From assembly GCA_001687465.1 (NCBI GenBank), contig LVLI01000005.1, positions 186,001-250,000 of the forward strand: a DNA stretch of 64,000 nt, given 5' to 3'. Of the stretch, positions 21,796-34,261 are shown piece by piece (the first letter of the stretch is position 1; each line of letters begins with the position of its first letter). This DNA comes from Halocafeteria seosinensis. Lineage: Eukaryota. The notes below the pieces were generated by a model, which saw nothing but the letters and a program-made list of their open reading frames with translations, was not told the DNA's origin and did no database searches. Both the position numbers and the translations under genes were made by a program.

Positions 21796-24700
21796 ATGGC
21801 TTCGGAAGATGTTGAAGCACGGGCTTCAGCAGAGGAGAACGAGGCTGTATATCATTACCACAGCCCCCATGTGGCCAAGGGGATCATTGACAGTGATCTA
21901 GGACAATGGTGTTCCAAAATGAGGCGGCTCTTGGAAATGGAACAGGAGGAGGAGCAACAACAAGCAGCGTTAGGAATCCAGAAATATGGAGCTCACCAAT
22001 TGGAACGAGCTGGAGTAGCCATGACCAAATTAGAATTGTCCAGTGTAGAGACAGGGATGTTTGGAAGGGTCGTCGCCACTTTACGACGGAGAGATACCAC
22101 TGCCGGCCGTCGGAAAGACGGGGCCAACCAGAGTGTCTTGCCCCCCAACAAATTCACCACTGGAGATATTGCAGGACTATCTTTGGTGAATTCCAAGAGA
22201 CTAGCCAGAACGGGACAACCCGATTTATCTGGGGTTGTGACCAAAATCACCCCATCGATTATCAGTTTAGCTGTGGATGAACGCGACGATGACGCTTCTA
22301 ACAACAGCGGTAGCAAGTCGGCAAACAAGAAGAACGAAGAGGATGAATCCCGACTCACCCTGGAGAATCTGCTTTCCACTAGCGGCATAGCCACTGGAGA
22401 TGATGGTGAACCTACTTTCCGAACTGATCTTTTGGCAAATGACGCAACATATGCCCGATTAAAAGCCGCTCTTAAATCCCTGGAAGACGGAAAACACAAC
22501 AGCGCTCAACAAGCTGTTCGGCTAATGTTCGAGCCAACAGACTCTCTCACCTTTGAGAAAACCATTGAAGATGATGTTAAAAATACTGAACGTGAACAAG
22601 ATTTAGCTGAGAAAATTCGAAAACTGAAACGATTTCGACCAATTGAAACGTTAAACGATTCTCAGGAAAGTGCTTTGACAAAGGCATTAAGAGCCCCGTC
22701 GCTGTTTATGATACACGGCCCTCCTGGAACAGGAAAAACAACCACCGTGGTAAGTTCCCCTTTTTAGCGTTGATACACGCGCTGATGGTTCTTTGCAGCT
22801 GAACTCTGCAGGTAGAGTTCATTAGGAGAGCCGTTGCCCTGGGCAATCGCGTATTGGCTTGTGCTCCTTCAAACGTAGCTGTAGACAACTTAGTGGAACG
22901 ACTGGGCGAATGTAGAAAAAGGGATGAACTTAACCTAGTGCGCCTAGGGCATCCTGCCCGTGTAAGCGAAACGTGCTGGAACTATACCCTGGAAGCACAA
23001 ATGGAGAAGTCCGAGTCTATGAGTATACTGCAAGATGTCAAGAGTGACCTTCAGCAAGTTGTAAAAAAGATGAAAGCTGGTAAAAGGTACGCCAATTGAC
23101 TCCATCGATATGAGTACCGGGAGGTTATCGCTACTTACGACAATATTTACAGGCATTCATCCACTGATTGGAATGAACTTCGTGATGAAAGACGATCCCT
23201 TCGCAAGGAATTTCGGCAGAGGGAAAAACGAGTCTTCAAAGACGTTATCAAATCGTCCAACGTCGTACTGTCCACTCTTGCCGGTGCGGGGAGTAGTACA
23301 CTCTTGAAAGCGTTGGATCTTCCTGGAGATAGCAAGAATGGCCAGCTAGGCGAGAAGGAACCTCAACTCTTTGATATAATAGTCATTGACGAGGTTGCTC
23401 AGGCTACGGAACTTGCTTGTTGGATTCCAATGCTTTTGGGTAAGAAGTGTGTTGTCGCAGGCGACCATCTGCAGCTTCCTCCAACTATCAAGTGCTCAAA
23501 AGCCGAAAGCGAAGGATTAGGTGTTACTCTGGCTGATAGGCTGGTCGCTAGGCTTAACAAGTATGATAATCGCTATTGCTCCATGCTTGGTACTCAATAC
23601 AGAATGAATGAGTTGATTAATAACTGGAGTTCCACCGTGTTTTATCAGGACAAGCTTGTCCCTGCCGAGAGCGTCAAGAAGCATGTGTTGTCTACGATAC
23701 GACGTAGCGCTCCTCGGTGTCAATTTGACAGCCAATTTTCGGCTCGATACAGCATTCCCGTCTCGGTTCCTGAATTAGATCTTCCCCTCAGATACATCGA
23801 CACCTGCGGCTGCGGTCCCGATTTCGGGGAAATAATGGATTCAGAGGTGTCAACTTCCCTACATACTAGTTTTGCATCAGAGTCGAAGGCTAATCGAGGA
23901 GAGGCTACTATGGTTTTGAAGTATGTTGTGACGCTTTTGCAGCACGGGATAGATTCTAAGGATATTGGCGTTGTAACACCCTATAATGCCCAAAGACGAC
24001 TAATCAAAGATGAATTTGTCCAGCACGAAATAGATGTCACTGTGAGCTCAGTCGACGGATTCCAGGGTCAAGAGAAAGAGGTCATCATTCTGTCCTTTGT
24101 CAGATCGAACAACCAGAGTGAGATTGGGTTTCTTAAAGACTATAGAAGGACTAACGTTGCCGTTACTCGAGCAAGAAGGCATTTGTGTATCATTGGAGAC
24201 CATGACACACTCTGCGGAGATAAGTTTTATGCGTTCCTGCTCTCCTATTGTGAGAAATACGGTGACTATCGAAGTGCTCAGGAGTTTTCGGTTGAAGATA
24301 GCGCCGAAGGGGCTTCGACAGTACCTGCTGCATCCAGACAATCATCTCGGTCCCATGTGGGGCCACAGAAAGTCGAATTGANCCCCGCCGATATGCCTGC
24401 TAGCAAAGATGAGCACTCAGCAAGTGCTGGTTCTACGCGTACCCTTGCGCAACGTACTAGAGGTCAAAAGACCAAATATCGAGGCAACACCTCATCAGGG
24501 AAAACGCGTTACAATTTCACTGCTATGCGACGATGTATGAGACTTGTGGTTACCGGACATATAAGGGCTCTTGAAAGGGCCCTAGAAAAATATTCAATTA
24601 ACCTGGCAGCGGCTGTGGACAAGTCTCCTGAGACGAACCTCAGTATCTTTACTGTCAGCGCCGCTTCTCCTCTGTGGCCCATCCAACAGGTGTTGAACAC

Positions 24701-25787
24701 GATGCACAAGAACCTCCACGCTACGGTTAGTCGCTCAACGTATGAAGATATCTCTTCTGAGGAACTAGAAAGAGTGCGCCAGAGAGTAATGGAGGCTCAA
24801 CCCGAGCTGATCGTTGTCCAATTCATGGACATGGCTGCTGAATTTGTTCCAGCTCTAAGATATATAGGTCTGGATGCTTTGCTCCGAAAGCACATATATG
24901 AATGTGCGAAATCTACAGAACAGTTTTGTTTTAAAGAAACAGTAGATGCGTCCAATAAGAACGTTATTGTTTGCCTGCGGAACACAAATGATATTCAGTC
25001 GTTTGTCCCAGACAGTAATTCTGACTCTGTGTTCCACTTTGATATCTCGAGTACTTCAGATGAAGAGGAGGTACAAAAAGAAGCTGAACCTGGAACAACA
25101 GCTGCAGCTCCTAAACAGAGTAGTGAATCTATAGAGCCATCTCCGAATTCGCTGTTGAAGCAGCTTGCAGAGGAAAGGAGAAAGCGAAACGAGCAGGCGA
25201 AGAAAAAGGAAGGAGCGCAAAATGCGAATAAGAGTACTGTAGATACCCAGTGGATCCCGGAAGGTTTCGTTAATGATGCATCGGGAAGCGAGAAAAAGAA
25301 AGCGAAAGGGAAGAACAAGAAGAAATCAAAGCAACCAAATTGTGGCAAAGATAGTGCAGAAGTAGTTGGTCTTGACGATATCACTGTCTCTGAAGAACAG
25401 GTAGCGGCCTTCGAGGGTGACGAGGAGCTAGCCTACTTAGATTCGCTGTCTAGGCAAAACCAAATGAGATGTAACTACAAGTCGTGTGATGCAAAAACAT
25501 CAACAGTAAGTAGCGTTTGCCGGTACTGCCACCTTAAGTTTTGTATCAAGCATGGACTCCCCGAATCTCATGGTTGTGGGGATGCTGCTCGAAGCGCCGC
25601 TCAGTCACGTTATCAGCATGAACACAGCGGCGGTGCCTCTACCCTTGATGCTCGCCGCCGGCAAATGGCTGCCAAAGAATTGAGGAAGAAGATATCTGAG
25701 GCGGAAGAGCAACGTAAGGCCAAGACCGACGAGCAATCGTCCAACTCGTCACGGAAAGGCAAAAAGAAAGGTGGGGAGAAGAAGTGA
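21796..25787 (+). CDS. IGHMBP2: SF1 helicase IGHMBP2/SMUBP-2 with C-terminal AN1-type zinc finger
   Basis: GPPGTGKT, APSNVAVDN, DEVAQA, GDHLQLPP, QYRM, SVDGFQGQEKE and NVAVTRAR; C-terminal CxxxxC..CxxC..FC.KHGLPESHGC. Two introns and one ambiguous base at 24382. Confidence 0.92.
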
Positions 25788-26400
25788 TTGGGGAGGCACA
25801 TGTGAAACGTACGAATGTGGTTGTAGTCATTCTAGTTCTTGGAACTCATCCAATACAGTAAGACTTCCTACTAATGGAGTCGTGTTCTCTACGATCTGTA
25901 ACATATCGCTGCTTCAACATCTGACATCGACAAACTTCCATAGATGTAGCGGGCTACGATTCTGTTGAAGTATTGCAGCCTACCAGTGGTCGCAGCGACG
26001 CTGAGACTGTGAGAGCTGACATGGTTAGGGTGTCAGGTTTGTACCGTACCTCAGCAAGAAGAGGGAATCCATTGGGATACCTTGAGTCTCCATGAGTCTC
26101 GCTGGTGCTCCGTTCGCGAGGTAGATGACCCCGAAGCGCTGCTATGTGCTGTATTTGCAGTGCTGGCCTGGTAGTGAGAAGACGCTCGTACAAACGCGAA
26201 GGCTTCCTTGAAACTTTGGCGACCACCGTCCGAAGTTGCAGAGGAAGTAGAGGCCGAAGCCCCGAATCATTGGCGGAAGACATGACGTAAATTTCTCAGG
26301 TCTTGTTAGTTACAGCATCCTTACGATAGTGTTGGGAGGAATTTCATCCTGTATGAAAGGGAAAACTGGAAATCTTGACAACTCATCTACTCCTAACAAA

Positions 26401-26809
26401 ATGTCTTCGACACAGGACGGAGAGCCTGAGCAACACCAGCAAGTGCGCACTGAAACCGGCAAGCAGCATGAATCGTTGCTTTATTCGGTAGCCAACTTGG
26501 GGGAGAGAATCTGGGACAGCATAATTACTCCAGGGACAGCCCCGGGACTTCTCCTGGTGATCAACATTGCGACAGTAGGCATGCTCCTGTGCCTCGTCTT
26601 TACAATTCTCATCGGCTACGGTAATATCCACGTCTACGTATTGGGAGGACTTGGAATCGGCCTGCTAGCCTCAGTGAACTGGTATGTTTTGTCTTTGGAG
26701 TGCGCGCCATCGCCTTTCCTTGCAATGCGCAATTAAGTGCTGCAGGTTCGTGCATGAGATGTGGGCATTCGAGGCATCCCAACAAGCGGAAGCAGACAAG
26801 AAGAAGTAA
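26401..26809 (+). CDS. PKR1: V-ATPase assembly factor Pkr1 family
   Basis: IWDSIITPGT...GNIH...VNWFVHEM with two TM segments matches the Pkr1 pattern (LWESVFEPGT, NIH, WF). One intron. The start could be further upstream at 26353. Confidence 0.75.
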
Positions 26810-26886
26810 ACTCCTTGGTTTATATGAACATGGATGGGTTGGCTTAACAACAATGGTAGATGGTAGCATTCTGAGTATAGTGTATT

Positions 26887-27220
26887 CTAGGAACGGGAAG
26901 TAGTCCCTTCTCGCCTTAACCAGCACTGCATGATATCTAGGGTGCCATCACAAAAGTCACCGTGCATACATTCCTGTGGCACCCTTTTTATGTGGAAGGA
27001 CTTTTCTAACTGATCAAAGAATTGTGTTTCTGTATAGTGTCGCCTACGGTAGGCGAGTAGCGTATCAGGGAACTCAGAATTACTGCTATGAGGGAAGCAT
27101 AAGTCACGGCACGTATGCAGCACCTCTCTATATGCATGTTCATATGGAAGCGCAGCGACATCGGCCGCAACAACTATGTCCTGGTTGTTTCGGAATCGGG
27201 ATATATCGTCCTCTTCTCAC
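26887..27220 (-). pseudogene. Fragment of a METTL21-like (family 16) SAM-dependent methyltransferase
   Basis: Reads [W]*EEDDISRFRNNQDIVVAADVAA...LLAYRRRHYTETQFFDQL. An in-frame TGA (27217-27219) sits where WG would have GGA, and no upstream ELGxGxG exon is recognisable. Confidence 0.65.
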
Positions 27221-27796
27221 CTAGGTTATGACTCATGAGTGTTTGGACGTCTTAGAAACTATCAATGCCGAGGACCCCGGCTCGGTAGAATCCATTCCGG
27301 CCAAACACTTCGATTTTAGGTCCTCCAATGATCTCGGGTAGAAATAGCAGTAGTGGCATGAGTACAGCACCAGCGCAGCGCCGTTTGCTCACACCGAACA
27401 GACGGTGTGACATAAGTTAGTGACAGACCTTAGGCGCTGGGTCATTAACAACTGGAGCCCTTGTCAGCAGACTGGAGAACAAATAATACAGCGGAAGGAA
27501 CATCTCATTCCCATTGTAAGGCTCTAAAAGGCCCCCGTAACATACATCAAGTTTGTGGCCGTTGCAAACTGTACCGCAAGTCAGGAAGGGTGGTTCGGTA
27601 CGGCACAGCTCAGGACCGTACGTGACACGCTAGACATGGTGAATGCATTGTCAATGCCGATTGTATTGAAGGATTACAGTGGTGCATCCTGGTGCAATTA
27701 TGCATTTGTGTTGTAGTCACGTCGAGGTTACTTTCTCGTAGAGGCCAGCCCCACACCCACGCGTACACACACGCTGCAGCTTTCTCTTTGTTTGCC

Positions 27797-30700
27797 ATGT
27801 TTAATACGCTGGCACGTGCCTTGCAGCCAAGCCCAGCCTTAGGATATAAGGCCAAACCTAATGTTCAGCTAACTGCGGCACCCGAAAGACGTACCAGTAG
27901 TGTCTTGAATGAATCCTGGCATTATTCCGGGACAGAGCTGAATGCCAGCCGACGTGCAGGGACATGGGCATCCAATCCTGGGGGGGCAAAAAAGCCCAAC
28001 ACCCCCTGCAGGACACCAGCAGGCAATGTCCTTCCCGTATGGAATATGTCGTTCGCTTGCCGACCCCAGAGGCTGAATATAGCAATGACAGGATTAAATT
28101 TTGTGCAACAAAAATTCTTTCGATCTTCGTTTACTTCTCAGCCTAGCAGTTCGGATGATGGACAGCAGCAAGATCCCGACGCCCAAAAACAGTCGTCAAC
28201 CACAGAGGGTAAGTGACTCCCGCATATCAGACGGAACTGTTGCGTACAACCATTACTCCAATGTCTCCCTTTCTTTGAGGCGGCAGTACCCGCAGGTCAA
28301 AAAGCATTACTCGAATGGTTGGACAAAGCGAGGGAGGAGTTGGGAGACAAGCACGAGATTTGCATCAAGATGGTTAAGAAATATGATTTTGCATTTGGAG
28401 AAGCTCCATTCGACACTGAAGAGAAAGCTATAGCCTTCTTCCGGCAGCTTAACGTTCCAGAGGCCACCACTTTAGGTACCGCTGCGTTCAAAGAGAGCCA
28501 GAAATATATCGGTATGTCTGGATGAATTGGCATGAGTCCCATAGAGATAAATGGTACCGTGTGCCCGTCTTCGCCCCTTGCAGTAACGAAGAGTATGTAC
28601 CCTTCGCAAGAATTTGGTAAGACATAAACCACGCTCCGGCGTGACATATACTCGTCCTTGATTACGTGGTGTGCAATGTTACCACAGTCAACTGGTTAAA
28701 CGATCCCCGTGCTCCGAATGATACTGGAAGTCCATATGAGGAGTTCATTGGTGCTTCGTTTGAGAATCGTGAATCCGAATTAGCGAGAATCCGATATATA
28801 ATCGAACATCCCGAAACTTTTCACAAGGGCCCACCAGTGCTAATCAGCGCCTTAGGGTGGGGCAGTGGAAAAACGCAGCTGTTTACGCGAGGGCTAGCTT
28901 CTTACCTTTACCGGCAACGACCGAAGGGTAAGCAAGTGCTGCACTGCTTCTATAATTTTCAGAAACGCGGAGACGCCGGGCTACCGGGTAAGTAGTGTTG
29001 TTGTGAGCGATGCGTTTCAGGCTATTTCAACTTCTACGCACGTTTGTGGTTTTACTACAGGCGAAATTCTGTTAAAGAGTCTAGTAATCTCGCTGGCAAA
29101 TGCCAAAGTAATCGACCAAAGTAGACAGGGAAATATAAGTGTGAAAAACATCAAGTACAAAGACGCCCTCAACCAAGCACAAAAGGATATGTTTTTTCAA
29201 TCCGCTCGTAGCATTCTGAAGAACGAGACCCCTTTTAAGTATTCAAACGGTGATGAGATGACAACCCAAATTTTCGTTGATGACATGAAACGCATCAAGA
29301 GGATTGGTAGGGAGATTGGTGCGCAGTTCCGTAATGGATTTCCCCAGCCTGAAGCATACGTGTTTCTGTTCTTCGACGAGCTAGACTTTGTTGTGAATGA
29401 GCCTTCAAATGCTCATTCTGGTGCAGTAACGTACCTTTGGTGGCACATGTGCGATGGACTCATGGATAACAACACGTTTCAAGCCGCGGGCGCCGGGAGA
29501 ATGCCCGAACTATCAGAGATCTGCCGAGACGGACACTTGATGCAGAATTACCGGTACGGATTCAATGCGGGCTCCCCCTCCCGTGGTATTCAGCACGTGC
29601 CCTTGAATCCCTTAGGCCCGGATCACATATCAAACATGGTGGTAAAAGAGAACAGAGAACGAGGAACACGGAGCCGAGTCCCCAAAAAGCTGATTCCCGA
29701 ATGCGCGGAGTCTGTTTATGCTGTTACTCTTGGCGTTCCACGCTACGTTTCATGGGCCCTACAGGCAATCTATGACATGTTTGCTGAACAAAGTTGCACC
29801 CCGTACAAAGAATTTCTACTTAAAAGTGAATTTAGAAACAACGTTGTCGGCTATTCAGGCCCGATCAATGAACTCATTCGTCGTCAACCACTGCCTTTCT
29901 TGACGTTGGCAACGGCTTCAGTGTTGGGGATACGATTTGCACCCGATAATCGGATCGACATGGAAGGAAGAACCGTTGCCCCTGGTAGCCGTGGTGGCAG
30001 ACCTATGTTGGATTGGTGCCGGGCGTTTAATTTTTACGTTGATTTCGATAAGCATAGTGGTTCAATCCGTGTGCATTTTCCACCGGTCTTACAAGGTACT
30101 CTCACCAAAACTCCTGATTCCGGCATTGAGTTCGCGAATCAGCATATATCGGAGATTCAAGACCCTTCATGGTCGGCACTGATGAGAGCCAAAGCCCACT
30201 TGGTTAAGGCTTGCTTTGAAGCTAGTGGAACTTTCCAATTTCCGTCTACGGAGTTGTCCAATTTTGGGGAAGTCGCACGTGCTTGCTTCACGGCGACGTT
30301 ACCTGATCAAGAACTCAATCCAGCTGATTCGTCGATCCCACAGAGGGGAAATGCGTTCGAGCGTATTGTGTTTTCCCTGTACCACTTGCGGCTACTCGAA
30401 CTTACTGCCCCCGGCATGACGTACAACTTGTCCTATAGCTTTCCTTGTCCAGAGAATATGGACGTGAAATACAACCCTTTGGAGGTGAAGATTGCGACAA
30501 TCCCTAAAGTAACCAGACAGACAACGAGTGTGGAAACGTCGGCGGCGGATCCCTTGCGCCTGTTTAAATTAGAGGAAATGATGAAACACGTACCGTTTTT
30601 AACGTCTGACAACAAGTGGGTGACGATGCCTCGGGAGGACTGGCCTATGATTTACAAGAGGCTTCAGCCCAATTGTCTTTACGCCACTGCACCAGGTAGT

Positions 30701-31156
30701 TCCAGCGCCGACATGTATGCCTTGTTTCCTCCTCAGAAGTGGGGTCTGAATAAGAAGTTTGCTTTGAAGTTTTCGGATATGGTGGATGAATTCGAGAAGG
30801 CTTTTCCTGTGGAACTACGGGAGTCCTTAGAAAGGGACGACATGAAGGTGATGTTCTCCAGTGTTTGTGGGAAGTCCACTAAGTTACCAAACCAATTAAA
30901 AGATTTGGGAGCTGCTACGATGAGTCGAGGGTGGTACTTGAACGTTGCCAATTTGAGCAACCTGTCAGAAGAGAAAGCCAAAAAGATCGATGGGGTGGAG
31001 ACCCTGAAGAATTTAGAATATGTAAAAAATGTGACGTTTATTGTAGTCAGCCAGGAGGAGATGACAAGGGAGTTCGCCCAGTTTATGAATGAGAAACGAT
31101 ATGGACCACTGCTTTCCTATTATCAAGCGTTCCGTAAGTATTGGTGCGCAAGTTGA
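27797..31156 (+). CDS. P-loop NTPase plus putative restriction-endonuclease-fold protein (Crinkler/RHS-like)
   Basis: Five exons with GT-AG introns. FENRESEL, Walker A GWGSGKT, Walker B VFLFFDELD, T.GVPRYV, and C-terminal RGNAFER and APGSSSADMY. Confidence 0.7.
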
Positions 31157-31560
31157 ACTCGGTCGCATACCACTGGAAATAGCTCACTCGCTAATTTCGG
31201 GACCCCTCGTCATCGAAGAAAGGCCGAGTATAACAAGCAGCTCTTATTGTACTTCGGAGTATGTGGTATGACTGAATGTACCGTTCGTTTCTTCTTGTTC
31301 GAGAGAACTACTCCAGAGCTTAGCCCGGCGTACCAGTAACTGCTGATCCCCGTCAAACTAGCTGCCGCATCATCGGACTGCACTCATCTCGGGGACTGTC
31401 TCGGAGAAAACGACCTAAAAGCTTAGACTAAAACAGATTTTCAGTGACGGAAAGTCTGGTCCGGGCGGTCATAAGGAGCATTTCCGCGCTCGAAACTTAA
31501 CGATCCGTGGGCCTCATAAGGGACGGCCTGACACGACCGTCTGGACGAAAGTGCATCCGG

Positions 31561-31893
31561 AACTAATTAAATGATTTAAGTAAATTAATTACTTAAGAAT
31601 TTTTTTTAAAGTACATTATGTAAAATAAAAATGGCAATTTGTGATGATAGTAATCAAGTAATAACTTACAAAATAGCTAAGACAACAACAACAACTAACC
31701 AAATATCACCTATACAATCTGATGAAATGTGTAGGTCTTTAATGATTAATCTCCCATTTACCCCTTTACCATCAATGGTAAATTTAAGAAATGTGAAAAA
31801 ACTTTTTCCTTTAACGGGTACTTATTACTCAGATAATAATGTACTAATTCCAAAGTCAACAACAACAACGATACAAATATCACCTATACTATG
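31561..31893 (+). other. AT-rich foreign-looking segment with a truncated ORF (starting 31631) and an internal imperfect repeat
   Basis: 76 G+C in 31561-31860 (about 25%), against roughly balanced flanks. Two copies of ACAACAAC..CAAATATCACCTATAC about 180 bp apart. Confidence 0.6.
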
Positions 31894-33050
31894 CAGGCTG
31901 GTTGGGATTACTGAAAACAGCCGTCCCCACGATCCAGTCCCCACCATCCCCATCCCCATGGGGATCCCCGTGGGAGAAGCATTCTTAACTTAATGACTCA
32001 CTATGAAAAATGATCTATCATTGAGGGTAATACTGTTCATTCTTAAAGCATATGCTCATCGAATTTAGCCATGATAGCAGCATAGTTCACTGGTCCGTTG
32101 GAAGTAGTGGACTTCTCACAACGGGCTCTTGTACAACATCATTCTCTATGATTGCCTGCCTACTCAGAGTTTCACCGTTAACTTTAAAATCAACGAGAGC
32201 TTGTATAGACGTTTCTCTTCCAGAGTCTTTTAGTTCTTGAGAAACGTGTCAAGAGAATAGGACGAGGGCATCTGGCCCTTCGAACTCTTGTGCCCACAGT
32301 TCGCTGTCTTAAGTGAACTCACCATCGACCTCTATTGCACTTGTTTCAACCGAATCGAAATCTAGATCCCCAGCAACTTCTTCAGTTATGTCCGCGATAG
32401 TATCCAGGTCCCCGTTATTCTCTGTTTTGCACCCAGATGCTCGATCTGAGCACTTACTGTAATGTCCTGTCTCGAGTGTTACATTGCCGAAAGCATGAAT
32501 GCCTGACAGGTGTCCTTGTCGTTTTCTTGCAGACTCGGATACGTAGTATGTTTTCATCTGAGCTATGCGCTCAAGTGTGAGCAGATAAACTGTGTCTCGA
32601 CTTGTATGAGAAAAGACGTTCCACGTCAGCCGATCCAGAACAGATAGTGAATAGCCTTAAAGCAACCATCTTCGAAACTTAGGTATTTGAACTACTTTCT
32701 AGCCTTTTCAACACACACACACACACACACATTTTTTTTTCAACAGCATCATCAGTCGGTACTCTCGGCATTCAACTCTGCCTGAACTCATCGAGTTGCC
32801 CAGCCAGTTCATCACTTTCCTCAGTAGTGCTTGTAAAGCCCCATTGCCCTGTTACCCACCGTTTCGGACCTTTCCTTCTTCTGTGCCTGCATCTTCTTTG
32901 TTTTGGCCGTGGGCTTGCTCTCCGAGGGACTTGCACACAGGCTGACCCTGCTCTCCTGGGTCGTTGTCTGGGGTAGAAGCTGCATCTGTTCCGATGTGTT
33001 GCACATCTAGATCCACCATTTCTTCATCATCGTCATCGTACTCATCTCTA
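31894..33050 (-). mobile_element. Degenerate hAT-superfamily DNA transposon remnant
   Basis: The minus strand at about 32575-32675 encodes KMVALRLFTICSGSADVERLFSYKSRHSLS, a hAT C-terminal dimerisation motif, among stops and frameshifts. A possible end CAGGCTGG at 31894 has clustered TCCCC subterminal repeats. Confidence 0.65.
32711..32732. repeat. (AC)n microsatellite inside the hAT remnant
   Basis: An acacac run followed by a T-run. Confidence 0.9.
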
Positions 33051-33420
33051 AAGCTGCTCCAGCCTAAGGAAGCCCTGGGATTTCGGCAACCTGGAGCCTC
33101 AGGCTGGAGGTAGTGTTATAAGGAATCCTCGGATACCCCTGGAAAGAGTGTGGACATCCTAATTAGAGCATATGTGCGATCGTTACAATATCAATTATAT
33201 TTGTATTTGCTATACCTTCCCCAAAGATCCCCAGCTGGACTTCCATGGAATCCTGAGGGATCTAGCCTAGTTGCGATGTAGGTTGTGAAGCCGTCACATG
33301 TGTAGTACATTGTGTACATATCATCATAGCAGTATTGTCTAGAAGGCAGTTGTAAAACACGAAATACATTCTGGACAAGCCAAACGTAACAACTTTCGTT
33401 TCGGTGTATACCGTAGCAGC

Positions 33421-34205
33421 ATGTCTTCCTTAAGTGGAAGTACCACTGGCGCCTCGGGCCGCAAAGCCGATGTCGCTCCGGAATGCCTCAAAAGTTCGTT
33501 CATTGAGCATTTCACAACTTTCCCCTAGTGGATATGTGCTTGAAATTTGAACAAGTTGTGTATGTCGCAGATTACAAAGACCTCAAAACGAAGCGGAAAT
33601 ACAAATTCATGACGATAAAGATTGAAGATGGTACGAGCATTATGAACGAATGAATGAGTTGTTGCTGTCTTAATCATTGTTTGCTTCCTCTCCATATATT
33701 TATGCAGAGAGTTTTACGCTCGTCACAGAAAAAAAAGGAGGCAAAAATGATACAATCGACCAGTTCCTTGGAAGCTTACCCCATAGCCGGTGCAGATACC
33801 TTGTCTATGATCAACAGTATAAGAACCCCGAAGGACGAATAATTGAGAAACTTTTCTATATCATCTGGACACCAGGATCGGCTCCGTCAAGAGAAAGAGT
33901 AGGTATTTCATGCTTATGTTCATTGAGGGCACACAAAACTTTACCCGAATTCCAACGCCAAAAACCCTCCCCGCAGATCCTCTACTCCTCCCAAAAATTT
34001 GCCACAACGGAATACTTTACGGGGGTTGAGGAGATTCAGGTAAGTTACAAATACACCACGAGATCGAAGCCATACCACAATTGAACTGACGCGTTCATTC
34101 GTCACGCAGGCGTCGACTAAAGACGATCTCCGTGAGCTGTTAACACCTCCAACCGAAAAGGATACGAACGAGGATTCTGGGCAATCTTCTGATTCCGATG
34201 AATAA
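33421..34205 (+). CDS. ADF/cofilin family actin-depolymerising factor
   Basis: Spliced protein has LKTKRKYKFMTIKI, CRYLVYD, KLFYIIWTPGSAPSRERILYSSQK and EIQAST. Four introns. Confidence 0.88.
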
Positions 34206-34261
34206 TTCACTCACACACGCGTAATCATTTTGGACCAAACTGTACATCCTCCATTCTTCTT

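Noticed and set aside
25900..26283. Minus-strand 109-aa ORF between IGHMBP2 and PKR1
   Set aside because: No recognisable motif and no convincing spliced model. It may be a decayed fragment.
27217..27219. In-frame TGA as evidence of a variant genetic code or selenocysteine
   Set aside because: TGA terminates several intact genes here (CFAP58, IGHMBP2, translin), and long ORFs contain no internal TGA. A nonsense mutation is the simpler explanation.
31525..31560. Hammerhead-like CTGA...GAAA
   Set aside because: It lacks the CUGANGA core and convincing stems I and III.
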